From: Candidatus Eiseniibacteriota bacterium
GTDB lineage: Bacteria > Eisenbacteria > RBG-16-71-46 > CAVPCR01
Length of the DNA: 64,000 nucleotides
Direction of reading: 5' to 3'
NCBI GenBank assembly: GCA_963823555.1
Contig: CAWGMA010000004.1
Coordinates: 1 to 64,000, forward strand
The notes under the pieces were generated by a model. That model saw nothing but the letters and a program-made list of their open reading frames with translations. It had not been told where the DNA came from and ran no database searches. A program made the position numbers and the translations under genes. This document shows, piece by piece, positions 51,038 to 61,964 of the stretch. Position 1 is the stretch's first letter. Each line of letters starts with the position of its first letter.

Positions 51038-53770
51038 CTACAGGCTCCACCAGTAGCTCACCTTGACGAGCACGGTATGAGTGGCCTCGGCCTCCATGAG
51101 AGTCTTCAAGTCATCCGCCGGATGGAACTCGCCGAAGCTCGACCCGCTCCCGCGCTGGTGCTGGTAGACGAGGAACAGGGTCGATCCGGGCCTGTATTCC
51201 CAGCGCAAGACCGCGTTGCCGAGTAGCTCCTGGAAGCTGAAGTCGGGATTGTCGAACGTGAAGTCGTCCGTCCCGTCCTGGTCGAGGTCGACGGTGTAGG
51301 TATCCCCGTCGAACTCGAGGCGGCCGCCGCCGACCGGCCCGAAGTAGTCGAAACGGTCGTGATAGTAGGGATTGCGCGGGTCGACCACCCGCCGGAAGTC
51401 GGTGTACTGCCCCGCCGAGAGGTAGGGGGCGACGTAGGCCTGGAGGCTCACCTCGGGCGTGAACGTCCAGTTGATGCGTGCGGTCACGCCGAGCGTCTGC
51501 TGCACCAGCTGGGCCATCACGTACTGCGGCTCGCCGGACGCCTCTTCCTCCGAGATGTACTGCCAGTCGTCATCGAGGAACTCGTAGCTCGGGCTCAGGC
51601 CGAGATCCAGGTTGGAGGCGATGCGGAACACGACCTCGGTCTCGCCTCCCGCCGAGAAGGCGTGGCCTGGCGGCTGATGCCACACCCAGCTGTCGAGCTG
51701 CATGCTCGCCCTCTTCCGCGTATCGGTCGAGAAGCCGGCCCAGGCGTTGTAGTTCGGCGGGCGGATCATCGCCGGTCCGCCGCGCAGGGCGTTCGTGTGG
51801 AGCGCCTCTCCCCCGTAGGCGATTCCCGCCCACGCGTTCCAGTAGTTGCTGAACTGGAGGTTGCCATTGACGTTCCCGCTCAGATCGAGCTTCTCGCCAC
51901 CGAAGTTGGTCTTGTAGGCCAGGTTCAGGTTGACGCTGCGGCGCCGCAGGACCTGCCCGCGATCGAAGTTCTGGTGCCCCAGCCAGAGACCGGTACCGAT
52001 CTCATCGGCCCGGCGCTGGAATCCGAGATCATTGATCTCGAGATCGGGCGAGCGCATCTGGAAGTAGGTCGAGCCGCGCCAGCGTCCGGAGAACCGGCCG
52101 AGCTCGGCCATGGCGAAGCTCCCGGTCAGGGACGTGGCGCTCGAATCGACGGCGACATGCGGGGCGTCGGGGCGCTGGTAGTAACGCCGAGAGCTGCGTT
52201 GCGTGGCGATGAGGGCGGTCGTCGAGCCGCGCACGTGGGACACGGCGAACTTGCCGTTGAGGGTCCACTCGCGATGGAGAAAGCGGTGGTGGAGATCGGC
52301 GCCGGCCGCATAGCCGGCCGAGTGCAGCCAGTCGAGGTCGGTGCCGCCGAGCTGCCGGTTGGTCGCGGTGGCAATGCCTCCGACGACGGTCTGCCCGGCG
52401 CGGAAGTCGCGCGCCACGCGTCCCACCAGATAGTTGGAGAACGGTTCGACGACGACCAGGTCGCGCCTCCCGTCCTCGTTGCGGATCTCCGCCGTCTCCT
52501 CCTGGGTGACGGCCTCGACGAGCCCGAAGGAGAGTCCGCTCGCAATCTTGCCCGACACCTTGGCCGCGCCGAGAATCGTCGTGTTGTCCGGGTAGTCGAC
52601 GTAATCGCCGTCCGCGTCTCCTTGTGGGGCGCGGCCGATGCGGCGGGTGTAGAAGAGCGGCTCGCTGGCGCCGTCGCCGATCGTGAGCCCATAGCGGAAC
52701 TTGTCGGTACCTTCGAGAAAGAACGGGCGCCGCTCCGCATAGAACGTCTCGAACTCGGAGAGATTGATGACTGACGGGTCGGCCTCGACCTGCCCGAAGT
52801 CCGGGTTCACGGTCGCGTCGAGCGTGATGTCGCTCGCGATCCCGTACTTGAGGTCGAGGCCGACCCGTCCCCAGACATCACCGCCGTCGTTGAAGGGATC
52901 CCCCTCTTCCCGGGGATACGATTTGCCCCCAGCCACGGTGTAGGGGAGAAGCTCGATGCGGTGCGGCGGCTCGATGCCGTGAATGCCGTCGAGTTCGCCG
53001 TACTCGCTCACCCAGCGATCGGCTTCCTTGGAGATGGGTTTCCAGAGCGTATGCTCGTTCTTGCGGGCGATGTAGCGCGCGATCTGAATGCCCCACGGGT
53101 GATCCTCGCGGGTGGTGAAGCGGAGCTGGCTGAAGGGGATTCGATACTCCGCGCACCAGCCGTCGTCCTGGATGGCGGTGGCCACATCCCACACCGCATC
53201 CCAGGTTTCATCCTCGCCGGTGTCGTCATAGCGATAGACATCCCGTTTCACGCCGACCGGGTTGACCTCGAAGTCGAATGCGGTCCGCCGGTCGCCGAAG
53301 GAGTCGAGCGACACCGAGAGCCAGTCGGAGTCGCTCGATTCGTCCCGCCGCGTGAGGAGGCCGACGATGCGCTCGGGTTCGCTGTCGTAGGCGTGGACGC
53401 CGACATAGACGGCCTCCTCGTCATACAGGATGCGGGCCTCGGTCCGCTCGCTCGCCGGTTGTCCCTCCTCGGGATCGCGCTGGATGAACCCGTCGAGCGG
53501 TGAGCCCTGGGCCCAGGCCTCGTCATCGAGGTGGCCATCGAGGTGCGGCGGCTTGATGCCGTCGAGCCGCGTGATGAGATGCGCATAGCGGAGCGGCGGG
53601 GGCGGCAGGGTGGCTGGGGGCAGATCGAGCGCCGCCGCCTGGACCTCGCGATCGGCTCGGGGTTCATCCTCGGTGGCGGGCAGTGCCCGTGAGGCTGCCG
53701 CGAAGGAGGCGACAGCGATCAATCCCAGGGTTGCGGGCCGCAACAAGCCGCGACCATCTCGGTTGCGCAT
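51038..53770 (-). CDS. CBM9-like plus DUF5916 outer-membrane protein
   Basis: LDGHLDDEAW, EYRIPFSQLRF, NPDFGQVEAD, ERRPFFLEG, LRWEYRPGS..VKVSYWW; start approximate. Confidence 0.85.
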   Translation of the reverse strand: MRNRDGRGLLRPATLGLIAVASFAAASRALPATEDEPRADREVQAAALDLPPATLPPPPLRYAHLITRLDGIKPPHLDGHLDDEAWAQGSPLDGFIQRDPEEGQPASERTEARILYDEEAVYVGVHAYDSEPERIVGLLTRRDESSDSDWLSVSLDSFGDRRTAFDFEVNPVGVKRDVYRYDDTGEDETWDAVWDVATAIQDDGWCAEYRIPFSQLRFTTREDHPWGIQIARYIARKNEHTLWKPISKEADRWVSEYGELDGIHGIEPPHRIELLPYTVAGGKSYPREEGDPFNDGGDVWGRVGLDLKYGIASDITLDATVNPDFGQVEADPSVINLSEFETFYAERRPFFLEGTDKFRYGLTIGDGASEPLFYTRRIGRAPQGDADGDYVDYPDNTTILGAAKVSGKIASGLSFGLVEAVTQEETAEIRNEDGRRDLVVVEPFSNYLVGRVARDFRAGQTVVGGIATATNRQLGGTDLDWLHSAGYAAGADLHHRFLHREWTLNGKFAVSHVRGSTTALIATQRSSRRYYQRPDAPHVAVDSSATSLTGSFAMAELGRFSGRWRGSTYFQMRSPDLEINDLGFQRRADEIGTGLWLGHQNFDRGQVLRRRSVNLNLAYKTNFGGEKLDLSGNVNGNLQFSNYWNAWAGIAYGGEALHTNALRGGPAMIRPPNYNAWAGFSTDTRKRASMQLDSWVWHQPPGHAFSAGGETEVVFRIASNLDLGLSPSYEFLDDDWQYISEEEASGEPQYVMAQLVQQTLGVTARINWTFTPEVSLQAYVAPYLSAGQYTDFRRVVDPRNPYYHDRFDYFGPVGGGRLEFDGDTYTVDLDQDGTDDFTFDNPDFSFQELLGNAVLRWEYRPGSTLFLVYQHQRGSGSSFGEFHPADDLKTLMEAEATHTVLVKVSYWWSL

Positions 53771-54121
53771 GCCGGACATTCCTCGATCCCCGGGCCGAGT
53801 TCCACCTGCGGACCAGCCGGATGCGCGCCATGCGTCGGATCCGGCGCTGCTTCGAGGGACCCCAATCCTCACTAGACGGAGGGGGGGCCGTCATTGTTCG
53901 CTGTCTGGCTGGTGAACGAATCCCCAGCACTGGGGCCTCGCCGTGGCCCCGGGGGGAAGGTATGATTTCTCGTATCTAGTATCACCCATCGGCCGGCGGC
54001 GTCCGTATGACAGCCCAAAGACGCCTCCGGTGGGATCGCCGACCCACCGCCCCCCCCGGTCGCGCCGCCAGCACTACCTGGCAGGCTTCCCCCAGCCTGC
54101 AGGTTCCCGAGGTGTAAGACA

Positions 54122-55480
54122 ATGCCAAAGCGTGACTTAGTTGTTCTACTGGGACTCTGGCTAGGGGTTGGAACGGTCGTCTTCGGGCTCGGGGGTTGCG
54201 GCGGCGAGAATCCCCTGGGTGCCACCGCGGGGCTGGGGATGGACGACCGACTTCCCTCCGGGGCGCCGGGGAGCATCGAGGACCCACCCGGGTCTCCCGA
54301 TCCCGACGATCCTCCCTACGGGGGCGACCCCGGGAGCTATGTCACCGGGTACTCGGTCATCCACCTCTCCTCCGGCGCCACGATCGAGGACATTCACGCC
54401 CAGTACGGCACCAGAACGGTGAGCTCCATACCCTCCCGCCGCGAGTACCTCGTCGCCGGCCCCGACGGTGTTCCGACGTGGGACCTGGTCACGGGCCTTG
54501 GTTACTCGGTGAGCTGCGATGACGCTGATTACTGCCAGTACCTGGAGACACCGGAATCGGAGCAGGCGAGTCTCGCTTTCTACGAGGGGATCTTCGGACA
54601 TCCCGACTATGTCGACCAGGACGCGCTGGCGCGGATCAGGGCTCCCGAGGCCCAGGCCATCGCGACCGGCGCGGGTGTGCTGGTTGCCGTGATCGACACC
54701 GGAGCCGATCTCGATCACCCCGATCTGGCCGGTCACCTGGTAGGGGGGATCGATCTCCTCGACGGCGACAACGATCCCTCCGATCTCCCGAACGGCCTCG
54801 ACGATGACCAGGATGGTCTCATCGACGAAGCCACGGGTCACGGCTCCCATGTGGCGGGGATCGTGGCGCTCGTGGCGCCCGCGGCCTCCATCATGCCGAT
54901 CCGCGTCCTCGATTCCGATGGCAACGGCACCGCCTTCGAGGTCGCCCACGGCATCTACACGGCGATCGATGCCGGCGCGGACATCATCAACCTGAGCCTC
55001 GGACTCGAGGCGCGATCCAAGGTCATGAGGCGAGCCATCCAGGAGGCGCGCCAGGCCGGGATCCTGGTCACGGTGTCGGCGGGCAACGCGGGGCAGCGGA
55101 TCACGAGCCACTTCCCGGCGAACCTCAGCGATGCGACGACCATCGCCGCCACCGACGCCGGCGATCTCAAGACCTACTTCTCGAACTACGGCTCGAACGT
55201 GTCGGTCTCGGCTCCAGGGATGGGCATCATGTCCACGTACTGGAATGGAGGCTATGCGCTGTGGAGCGGAACCTCGATGGCGGCCCCGTTCGTGGCCGGT
55301 GCTGCCGCCCTGCGCTTGAGCCAGGGCACGCTGCCTCCGGGCGACCTCGAGCAACGCATCGAGGCCGCGGCGCATCCGTTCGGCTCGAATCCCTACCTGG
55401 GGGAGATCGGCTCGGGGCGGCTCGACCTGCTGCCGCTCGTGCTCGGTCCGGCTCTCTTGCCGCCGGTTCCGACCAGCTGA
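54122..55480 (+). CDS. S8 subtilase lipoprotein
   Basis: Lipobox-like LGGC, VAVIDTG, GHGSHVAG, SAGN, GTSMAAP. Confidence 0.9.
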   Translation: MPKRDLVVLLGLWLGVGTVVFGLGGCGGENPLGATAGLGMDDRLPSGAPGSIEDPPGSPDPDDPPYGGDPGSYVTGYSVIHLSSGATIEDIHAQYGTRTVSSIPSRREYLVAGPDGVPTWDLVTGLGYSVSCDDADYCQYLETPESEQASLAFYEGIFGHPDYVDQDALARIRAPEAQAIATGAGVLVAVIDTGADLDHPDLAGHLVGGIDLLDGDNDPSDLPNGLDDDQDGLIDEATGHGSHVAGIVALVAPAASIMPIRVLDSDGNGTAFEVAHGIYTAIDAGADIINLSLGLEARSKVMRRAIQEARQAGILVTVSAGNAGQRITSHFPANLSDATTIAATDAGDLKTYFSNYGSNVSVSAPGMGIMSTYWNGGYALWSGTSMAAPFVAGAAALRLSQGTLPPGDLEQRIEAAAHPFGSNPYLGEIGSGRLDLLPLVLGPALLPPVPTS

Positions 55481-55499
55481 TCCCGACCTGTCCGCCCCA

Positions 55500-55997
55500 T
55501 CACCGCATCCTCACCATGAAGCCGACGGTGAGGAGCAGGTGCTCGTAGTGCCCGTCGCCCGCCGGATTGATGAGGAGGAAACGCCCGCTCCCGTCGATGC
55601 GGACCGGGCCCAGCGGGATCTCGGCGCCAAGGCCCACGTTGTAGCTGAAGGCGCCGTCCTGATCGGGCTCCGGTTCGCGATCGACCCAGCTCCAGCCGAG
55701 CCCGCCGGTCCAGTAGATCCAGGGCAGGATCCCGCCGCGCGAGATGCCGTTCAGGCCCAGGCTCGTGATGTCGATCCGGTCGCCGCCGCCGAGCCAGTTG
55801 ACGCCGGGCTCGAAGGCGAAAGCCGTGCCCCCGATCCGCGCGAAGATCCCGTAGGTCGAAGCCGTGACCGCCTGGTCATGGAAGGGAACATCCATTCCGA
55901 GACGAAATCCGCCGTCGATCGTGGTCTGGGCCCGAGCCGGTGCGGAGATCCCGATCGCGATTCCGAGGCTCAAGGCGAAGGCGGTTCCGGATCGCAT
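55500..55997 (-). CDS. Small outer-membrane beta-barrel protein
   Basis: Signal peptide, amphipathic strands, YNVGLGAE, C-terminal LTVGF. Confidence 0.7.
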   Translation of the reverse strand: MRSGTAFALSLGIAIGISAPARAQTTIDGGFRLGMDVPFHDQAVTASTYGIFARIGGTAFAFEPGVNWLGGGDRIDITSLGLNGISRGGILPWIYWTGGLGWSWVDREPEPDQDGAFSYNVGLGAEIPLGPVRIDGSGRFLLINPAGDGHYEHLLLTVGFMVRMR

Positions 55998-56008
55998 GGT
56001 TCTCCCTC

Positions 56009-56929
56009 CTACACGATGCGCTGACCGAGAGCGGAGAGAATGAGCTCGGTTCCAACCTCGGCCGAGTGATTGCGCAGGTCGAGAATCGGATTGAGCTCCG
56101 CCACGTCCATGGCGACCAGACGGCCGCTCTCGGCCACCATCTCGCAGAGCAGGTGCGCCTCACGGTAGGAGAGCCCGCCGCGGACCGGTGTCCCCACGCC
56201 GGGGACCACTTCCGGGTCGAGGCCGTCGAGGTCGAGGCTGAGATGAATGCCGGCCGCCCGGGCGGCGAACACCGACAGCACCTCATCGAGGATGGTGCCC
56301 AGACCCCGGCGATCGATATCCGTCATCGAATAGGCGCGCACTCCACTCCGGCGAACCGCTGTCTTCTCGTGATCGTCGAGATTGCGGAGTCCGATCAGGG
56401 CCACGCGCTCGGGATCGACGCTCGCGCCGTGGCTGATCGCCACGAGTTCGGCCGGCCCCAGCCCGAGGACGGCAGCCAGCGGCATGCCATGCACGTTCCC
56501 CGACGGGCTCGTCTCCGGCGTGTTCATGTCGGCGTGCGCGTCCACCCAGATCAAGGCCAGCTCCTCGCCGCGCGCCCTGAGCGCGCGCGCCACGCCGGGA
56601 ATGGAGCCGGCGGCGAGCGAGTGATCACCGCCGAGCGTGATCGGCATGCGGCCGGCGGCCACCGCCGCTTCCGTCATCTCCGCGAGCGTGGTGCAAGCGG
56701 CCGTGATCTCGTCGATGAAGCGCTTGTGAGTGTCGCCCGGATCGATGCCCTCGGGGATGGGGACGCGGATGTTGCCGCGATCGGTCACGGCGTGACCGAG
56801 GGCGACCAGGCGCTCGGCGAGTCCGGTGAGACGGAAGGCCGACGGGCCCATGTCGACACCGCGGCGTCCGGCGCCGAGGTCGAGCGGGACACCGATGAGA
56901 TCGATGGGGCTCCCATGCGTTACGCCCAT
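56009..56929 (-). CDS. rocF: Arginase
   Basis: GVDMGPSAFR, GGDHS, DAHADMN, SGNVHGMP, SLDLDGLDP, ELNP. Confidence 0.92.
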   Translation of the reverse strand: MGVTHGSPIDLIGVPLDLGAGRRGVDMGPSAFRLTGLAERLVALGHAVTDRGNIRVPIPEGIDPGDTHKRFIDEITAACTTLAEMTEAAVAAGRMPITLGGDHSLAAGSIPGVARALRARGEELALIWVDAHADMNTPETSPSGNVHGMPLAAVLGLGPAELVAISHGASVDPERVALIGLRNLDDHEKTAVRRSGVRAYSMTDIDRRGLGTILDEVLSVFAARAAGIHLSLDLDGLDPEVVPGVGTPVRGGLSYREAHLLCEMVAESGRLVAMDVAELNPILDLRNHSAEVGTELILSALGQRIV

Positions 56930-57116
56930 GATAGACGTGCCCCGCAGTCTGCCCTTGGTTGACGTGTCTGCATCAGACCGCATATCATAACGGGGCATGC
57001 GTTGCGTCGAAAGGCGATAGTATGATGCGACTTTGCGCCGGTGCGCGTTTCTCGTTCCCGGTCTCGGCCCCATCCCTGGCCCCGCCGGCTAGCCCGACAG
57101 GCGACATCAGAAGCCC

Positions 57117-60100
57117 ATGACATCCCAAGCGAGAAGCCTTCTCCTCGAGGAGTTCCTCCGCGAGCGCATCCTGGTGCTCGACGGTGCCATGGGCACGGCC
57201 GTCCAGGCGCGGGACCTGACGGCCGCCGATTTCGGAGGCCCCGATCTCGAGGGCTGCAACGAGAATCTGGTCTTCACCCGCCCGGATGTGATCCTGGACA
57301 TCCATCGCGCGTATCTCGCCGCGGGCGCCGACATGCTCGAGACCGATACGTTCGGCGGGACGCCGATCGTGCTCGCCGAATACGGGCTCGCCGCGCGGGC
57401 GCGTGAGCTCAATCGCGTCGCCGCCGAGCTGGCCCGGCGCGCGGCGGCGGAGGCTGCGACCCCGTCCCGCCCGCGCTTCGTCGCCGGCTCGATGGGACCG
57501 ACGACGAAGGCGATCTCGGTCACCGGGGGCGTCACGTTCGATGAGCTCCGCGGGGCCTTCCGCGAGCAGGCGGCCGGGCTCGCTGCGGGTGGTGTCGATC
57601 TCCTCATCGTCGAGACGCAGCAGGACACGCGCAACGTGAAGGCCGCTCTCCTCGGCATCGAGGACGCGTTCGCCGAGCTCGGGGTCCGCGTTCCGATCAT
57701 GGTGTCGGGCACGATCGAGGCCACGGGCACCATGCTCGCCGGGCAGGGCGTCGAGGCTCTCTACACGTCGGTCATGCATGCCGACCTGCTCTCGATCGGT
57801 CTGAACTGCGCCACCGGACCGGAGTTCATGACCGATCACCTGCGCGCCCTCTCAGGGCTCGCCCGGACCCGGGTCTCGTGCATTCCCAACGCCGGGCTGC
57901 CGGATTCGGAGGGGCGCTATCTCGAGACTCCCGAAGGCATGGCGCGGGTCCTCGAGCGCTTCTGCGACCAGGGCTGGATCAACCTCGTTGGCGGTTGCTG
58001 CGGCACGACGCCGGCGCACATCCGGGCCATGGCCGACATGGTGGCCGGCAAGCGGCCCCGGATCGTGCCCGAGCACCGGCGCACGCTCGTCTCGGGAATC
58101 GACTTCCTGGAGGTGAGCGACGACAACCGGCCGGTGCTGGTCGGCGAGCGCACCAACGTGATCGGCTCGCGCAAGTTCAAGCGGCTCGTCGGCGAGGGCA
58201 AATGGGAGGAGGCGAGCGAGATCGGCCGCCAGCAGGTGAAGGGCGGCGCGCAGGTCGTCGACGTCTGTCTCGCCGATCCCGATCGCGACGAGCTCGCCGA
58301 CATGATGGCGTTCCTGCCCGAGCTCATCCGCAAGGTGAAGGCACCGCTCATGATCGACTCGACCGACCCCGGGGTCATCGAGCGCGCGCTCACCTGCTGC
58401 CAGGGCAAGGCGATCATCAACTCGGTCAACCTCGAGGACGGCGAGGAGCGCTTCGAGCAGGTGCTGCCGCTCGCGCGCCGCTACGGCGCGGCGGTGGTCT
58501 GCGGCACCATCGACGAGGATCCCGCAGAGGGCATGGCGGTCACCCGCGAGCGCAAGCTCGAGGTCGCCCGGCGCGCCTTCGAGCTCCTGACCGTGAAGTA
58601 CGGCGTTCCGGCCGAGGACATCATCTGGGATCCGCTCACCTTCCCTTGCGCCACCGGCGACGCGAACTACGTCGGAAGCGCGGTCGAGACCATCGAGGGA
58701 TTGCGTCTGCATCAAGGAGGCGTTCCCGGAGACCAAGACCATCCTCGGCATCTCGAACGTCTCGTTCGGTCTGCCCGAGGCCGGCCGCGAGGTGCTGAAC
58801 TCGGTCTTCCTGTATCACTGCGACCAAGGCCGGGCTCGACCTGGCCATCGTCAACAGCGAGAAGCTCGAGCGCTACGCCTCGATCCCGGACGAGGAGCGC
58901 CGGCTCGCCGAGGATCTGCTCTGGAACCGGAGGCCCGACGCCGATCGCCGTCTTCGCCGCCCACTTCCGGGATGCCAGGTCCCGGGTCCAGCGCCGACGT
59001 CACGACCCTTCCTCTCGACGAGCGGCTGGCGCACTACATCATCGAGGGCACCAAGGAATGGACTGATCGCCGACCTCGACCTCAAGCTCGAGGAGGCGCG
59101 CCCGCTCGACATCATCAACGGGCCGCTGATGGCGGGATGGACGAGGTGGGGCGCCTCTTCAATCGCCAACGAGCTGATCGTGGCCGAGGTGCTCGAGAGC
59201 GCAGAGGCGATGAAGGCGGCGGTGAGCCACCTCGAACCGTTCATGGAGAAGTCCGAAACCGCTTCCCGGGGCAAGGTGATCCTCGCCACCGTCAAGGGTG
59301 ACGTGCACGACATCGGCAAGAACCTGGTCGACATCGTGCTCTCGAACAACGGCTACACGGTGGTGAACCTGGGTATCAAGGTGCCGCCAGAAGCGCTCAT
59401 CGCCGCCGTGCAACGAGCATACGCCCGACGTGATCGGACTATCCGGACTCCTCGTCAAGTCGGCGCAGCAGATGGTGGTGACCGCCGCCGACCTGCGGAC
59501 CGCGGAGATCACCGTGCCGATCCTGGTCGGGGGCGCCGCGCTCACCCGAAAGTTCACCCGGACGCGCATTGCGCCCGCGTACGGTGGGCTCGTCGTCTAT
59601 GCCAAGGATGCGATGAACGGGCTCGACCTGATGAATCGCCTGATGGACCCTGCGGGGCGTGAGGCGCTCGCAGCCGCGGCCGCCCGCGACGGGGGGGAGG
59701 GTGAGGAGGCGGCCGCTCCGGCGAGGGCGGCGGGGCCGCCGCGCCCGGCGGCGCGGTCGCGCGCCGTGCGTGTCGATCTGCCGATCCCGCGCGTCCCGGA
59801 CCTCGAACGGCATGTTCTCGACGTGCCGGCGCTCGATGAGATCTGGGCTTACCTCAACCCACAGATGCTCTACGGACGGCACCTGGGGCTGCGTGGGGAC
59901 TTCGCGCAGCTGCGCGCCGCCGGTGACGAGAAGGCGATCGCGCTCGAGGAGGTGGTCGATCAGGTCAAGGCGGAGTGCCGCCAAGGCGCGATGAAGGTTC
60001 GCGTCGTATGGCGGTTCTTCCCTGCCGAGGGGGAGGGCAACGAGCTCCGCCTGTACGTCGAGCCCGCTGCGCGTGAGCCGGCGGCGCAGGTCCGGTTTCC

Positions 60101-60617
60101 ACGGCAGGCCAAGGAGCCGGGGCTCGCGCTTCCCGACTTCGTCCTGCCGCCGCAGGATGGCCGGCGCGATCATGTCGCGCTCTTCGTCACCACGGCCGGG
60201 GCCGGCATCCGCGACCGGGCGGAAGAGGCCAAGCGCCGCGGCGAGTACGTGCGCTCGCATGCGCTCCAGGCGTTGGCCCTCGAGACGGCCGAGGCGGCGG
60301 CCGAGTGGCTGCATGCTCGGCTGCGGAACCTCTGGGGGTTTCCCGATCCGCCGGAGGTCGCGATGCGCGACCGCTTCCGTGCCCACTATCGCGGCAAGCG
60401 CTTCTCGTTCGGCTATCCCGCCTGCCCGGACCTCGCCGACCAGTCGGTGCTCTTCCGCCTGCTCGAGCCCGAGGCGATCGGTGTCGAGCTCACTGACGGT
60501 TACATGATGGATCCCGAGGCCAGTGTGTCGGCCCTGGTGTTCCATCACCCTGACGCCATCTACTTCGGGGTCGGTGGGGCCGGGGCGGACGAGTCGCAGC
60601 TTCCGGCTGCGATCTAG
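57117..60617 (+). CDS. metH: Cobalamin-dependent methionine synthase with clustered frameshifts at about 58700-59430
   Basis: DGAMGT, LNCATGP, GGCCGTT, GERTN, TVKGDVHDIGKN, GLSGLL, RFSFGYPACP, PEASVS spread over several frames. Confidence 0.9.
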
Positions 60618-60694
60618 CTCCCCGGCTCCCGTGGTATGCTCGCGTCAACAGCCTCACGTCACGGTCGACTCCCCAACTCCAAAGAAACCATTTC

Positions 60695-61369
60695 ATGAAT
60701 CAGCCTGAATCCGCTGACCTGCGACCGCTCGCTCCCGGTGCCGCCGGTTCTGTTTCCGGCGGATCCGCCATCCGCCGCTCCTGGCTCCGGCGGCTCTATG
60801 ACTGGGTGCTCCACTGGGCGGAGACGCCGTATGGCGTGCCGGCGCTGGCCCTCCTGGCCGTGGCCGAGTCCTCGTTCTTCCCGGTGCCGCCGGATATTCT
60901 CCTGATCGCGCTCGCCATCTCCATCCCGCGGCGGGCGATCCGCTATGCGCTCATCTGCACCGTGGCCTCGGTGGTCGGGGGCATGCTGGGCTACGCGATC
61001 GGCGTCTACGGCTACGAGCTCATCGGCCAGCGCATCGTCAGCTTCTACCATGGCGAGGCGGTGATGGAGAAGGTCCGGGTCTGGTATGACGCCTACGGCT
61101 TCTTTGGCGTTCTGATCGCGGCGGTGACGCCGATTCCCTACAAGGTGTTCACCATTGCGTCGGGTGTCTTCGATTTCGACTTCAGCACCTTTCTCGCTGC
61201 CTCGGTGCTGGGGCGCGGCCTCCGCTTCTTTACCGTTGCCGGCCTGATCTACGCCTTCGGCGCGCCGATCAAGAGCTTCATCGATCGCTACTTCAACAAG
61301 CTGGCAATCCTCTTCGTGATCCTCCTCGTGGGTGGCTTCATCGTCATCAAGCTGGTCGCGGAACACTGA
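60695..61369 (+). CDS. DedA/YqaA-family membrane protein
   Basis: AESSFFPVPPD, TPIPYKVFTI, GRGLRFF. Confidence 0.9.
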   Translation: MNQPESADLRPLAPGAAGSVSGGSAIRRSWLRRLYDWVLHWAETPYGVPALALLAVAESSFFPVPPDILLIALAISIPRRAIRYALICTVASVVGGMLGYAIGVYGYELIGQRIVSFYHGEAVMEKVRVWYDAYGFFGVLIAAVTPIPYKVFTIASGVFDFDFSTFLAASVLGRGLRFFTVAGLIYAFGAPIKSFIDRYFNKLAILFVILLVGGFIVIKLVAEH

Positions 61370-61402
61370 GTGCCTCCGGCCGGCACCCTGCCGGTGGTGT
61401 GA

Positions 61403-61876
61403 TCAGACCTCCCTGGGGAGGCCTCCCGTCGCGCCGAGGATCCAGCGCAGGCACTTGTGAGCGAGGTCGACCGAGCCGGCGAACATCATCGGACACCCCC
61501 CCGGGATGACCGTCATGTTCCGCTCCCGGCCCAGCCGGACAGCCTCCGCCGAGAAGCTGCCCTGACCCAGGGAACGGTGGAGCCACACCCGCCGGATGCC
61601 GAGCTCGCTGCACTCACGCACGATCTGTGAGCTGACATCGGGTGGCGTGGCGACGACCACGGCATCGACGCTCCCGGGAATCGACCTGAGGTCGGCGTAG
61701 CAGGTCACCCCTTCAACCGCGGTCGCCGCCGGATTGACCGGGACCACGTCGTGACCGGTTTGCTTGAGCCTCCGGTAGATGGCGTTCGCCGGCTGGTGAC
61801 CGCTTCGCGACACGCCCACCACCGCGATCCTCTTCTGCGCCAGAAAGTCAGCGATGGCGGCGCTCAGGGTTGGCAT
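61403..61876 (-). CDS. CoA-binding protein
   Basis: IAVVGVSR, VPVNP, GIRRVW, GGCPMMF. Confidence 0.88.
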   Translation of the reverse strand: MPTLSAAIADFLAQKRIAVVGVSRSGHQPANAIYRRLKQTGHDVVPVNPAATAVEGVTCYADLRSIPGSVDAVVVATPPDVSSQIVRECSELGIRRVWLHRSLGQGSFSAEAVRLGRERNMTVIPGGCPMMFAGSVDLAHKCLRWILGATGGLPREV

Positions 61877-61964
61877 GTGTCACCTCCTTGTGCAATGCCC
61901 GTCGTGAAAGGCGAGCGAGTCGGGGGGCGAGGCCGCGCGGCTCGCCCCCCGCTGGCGCCCGCGA

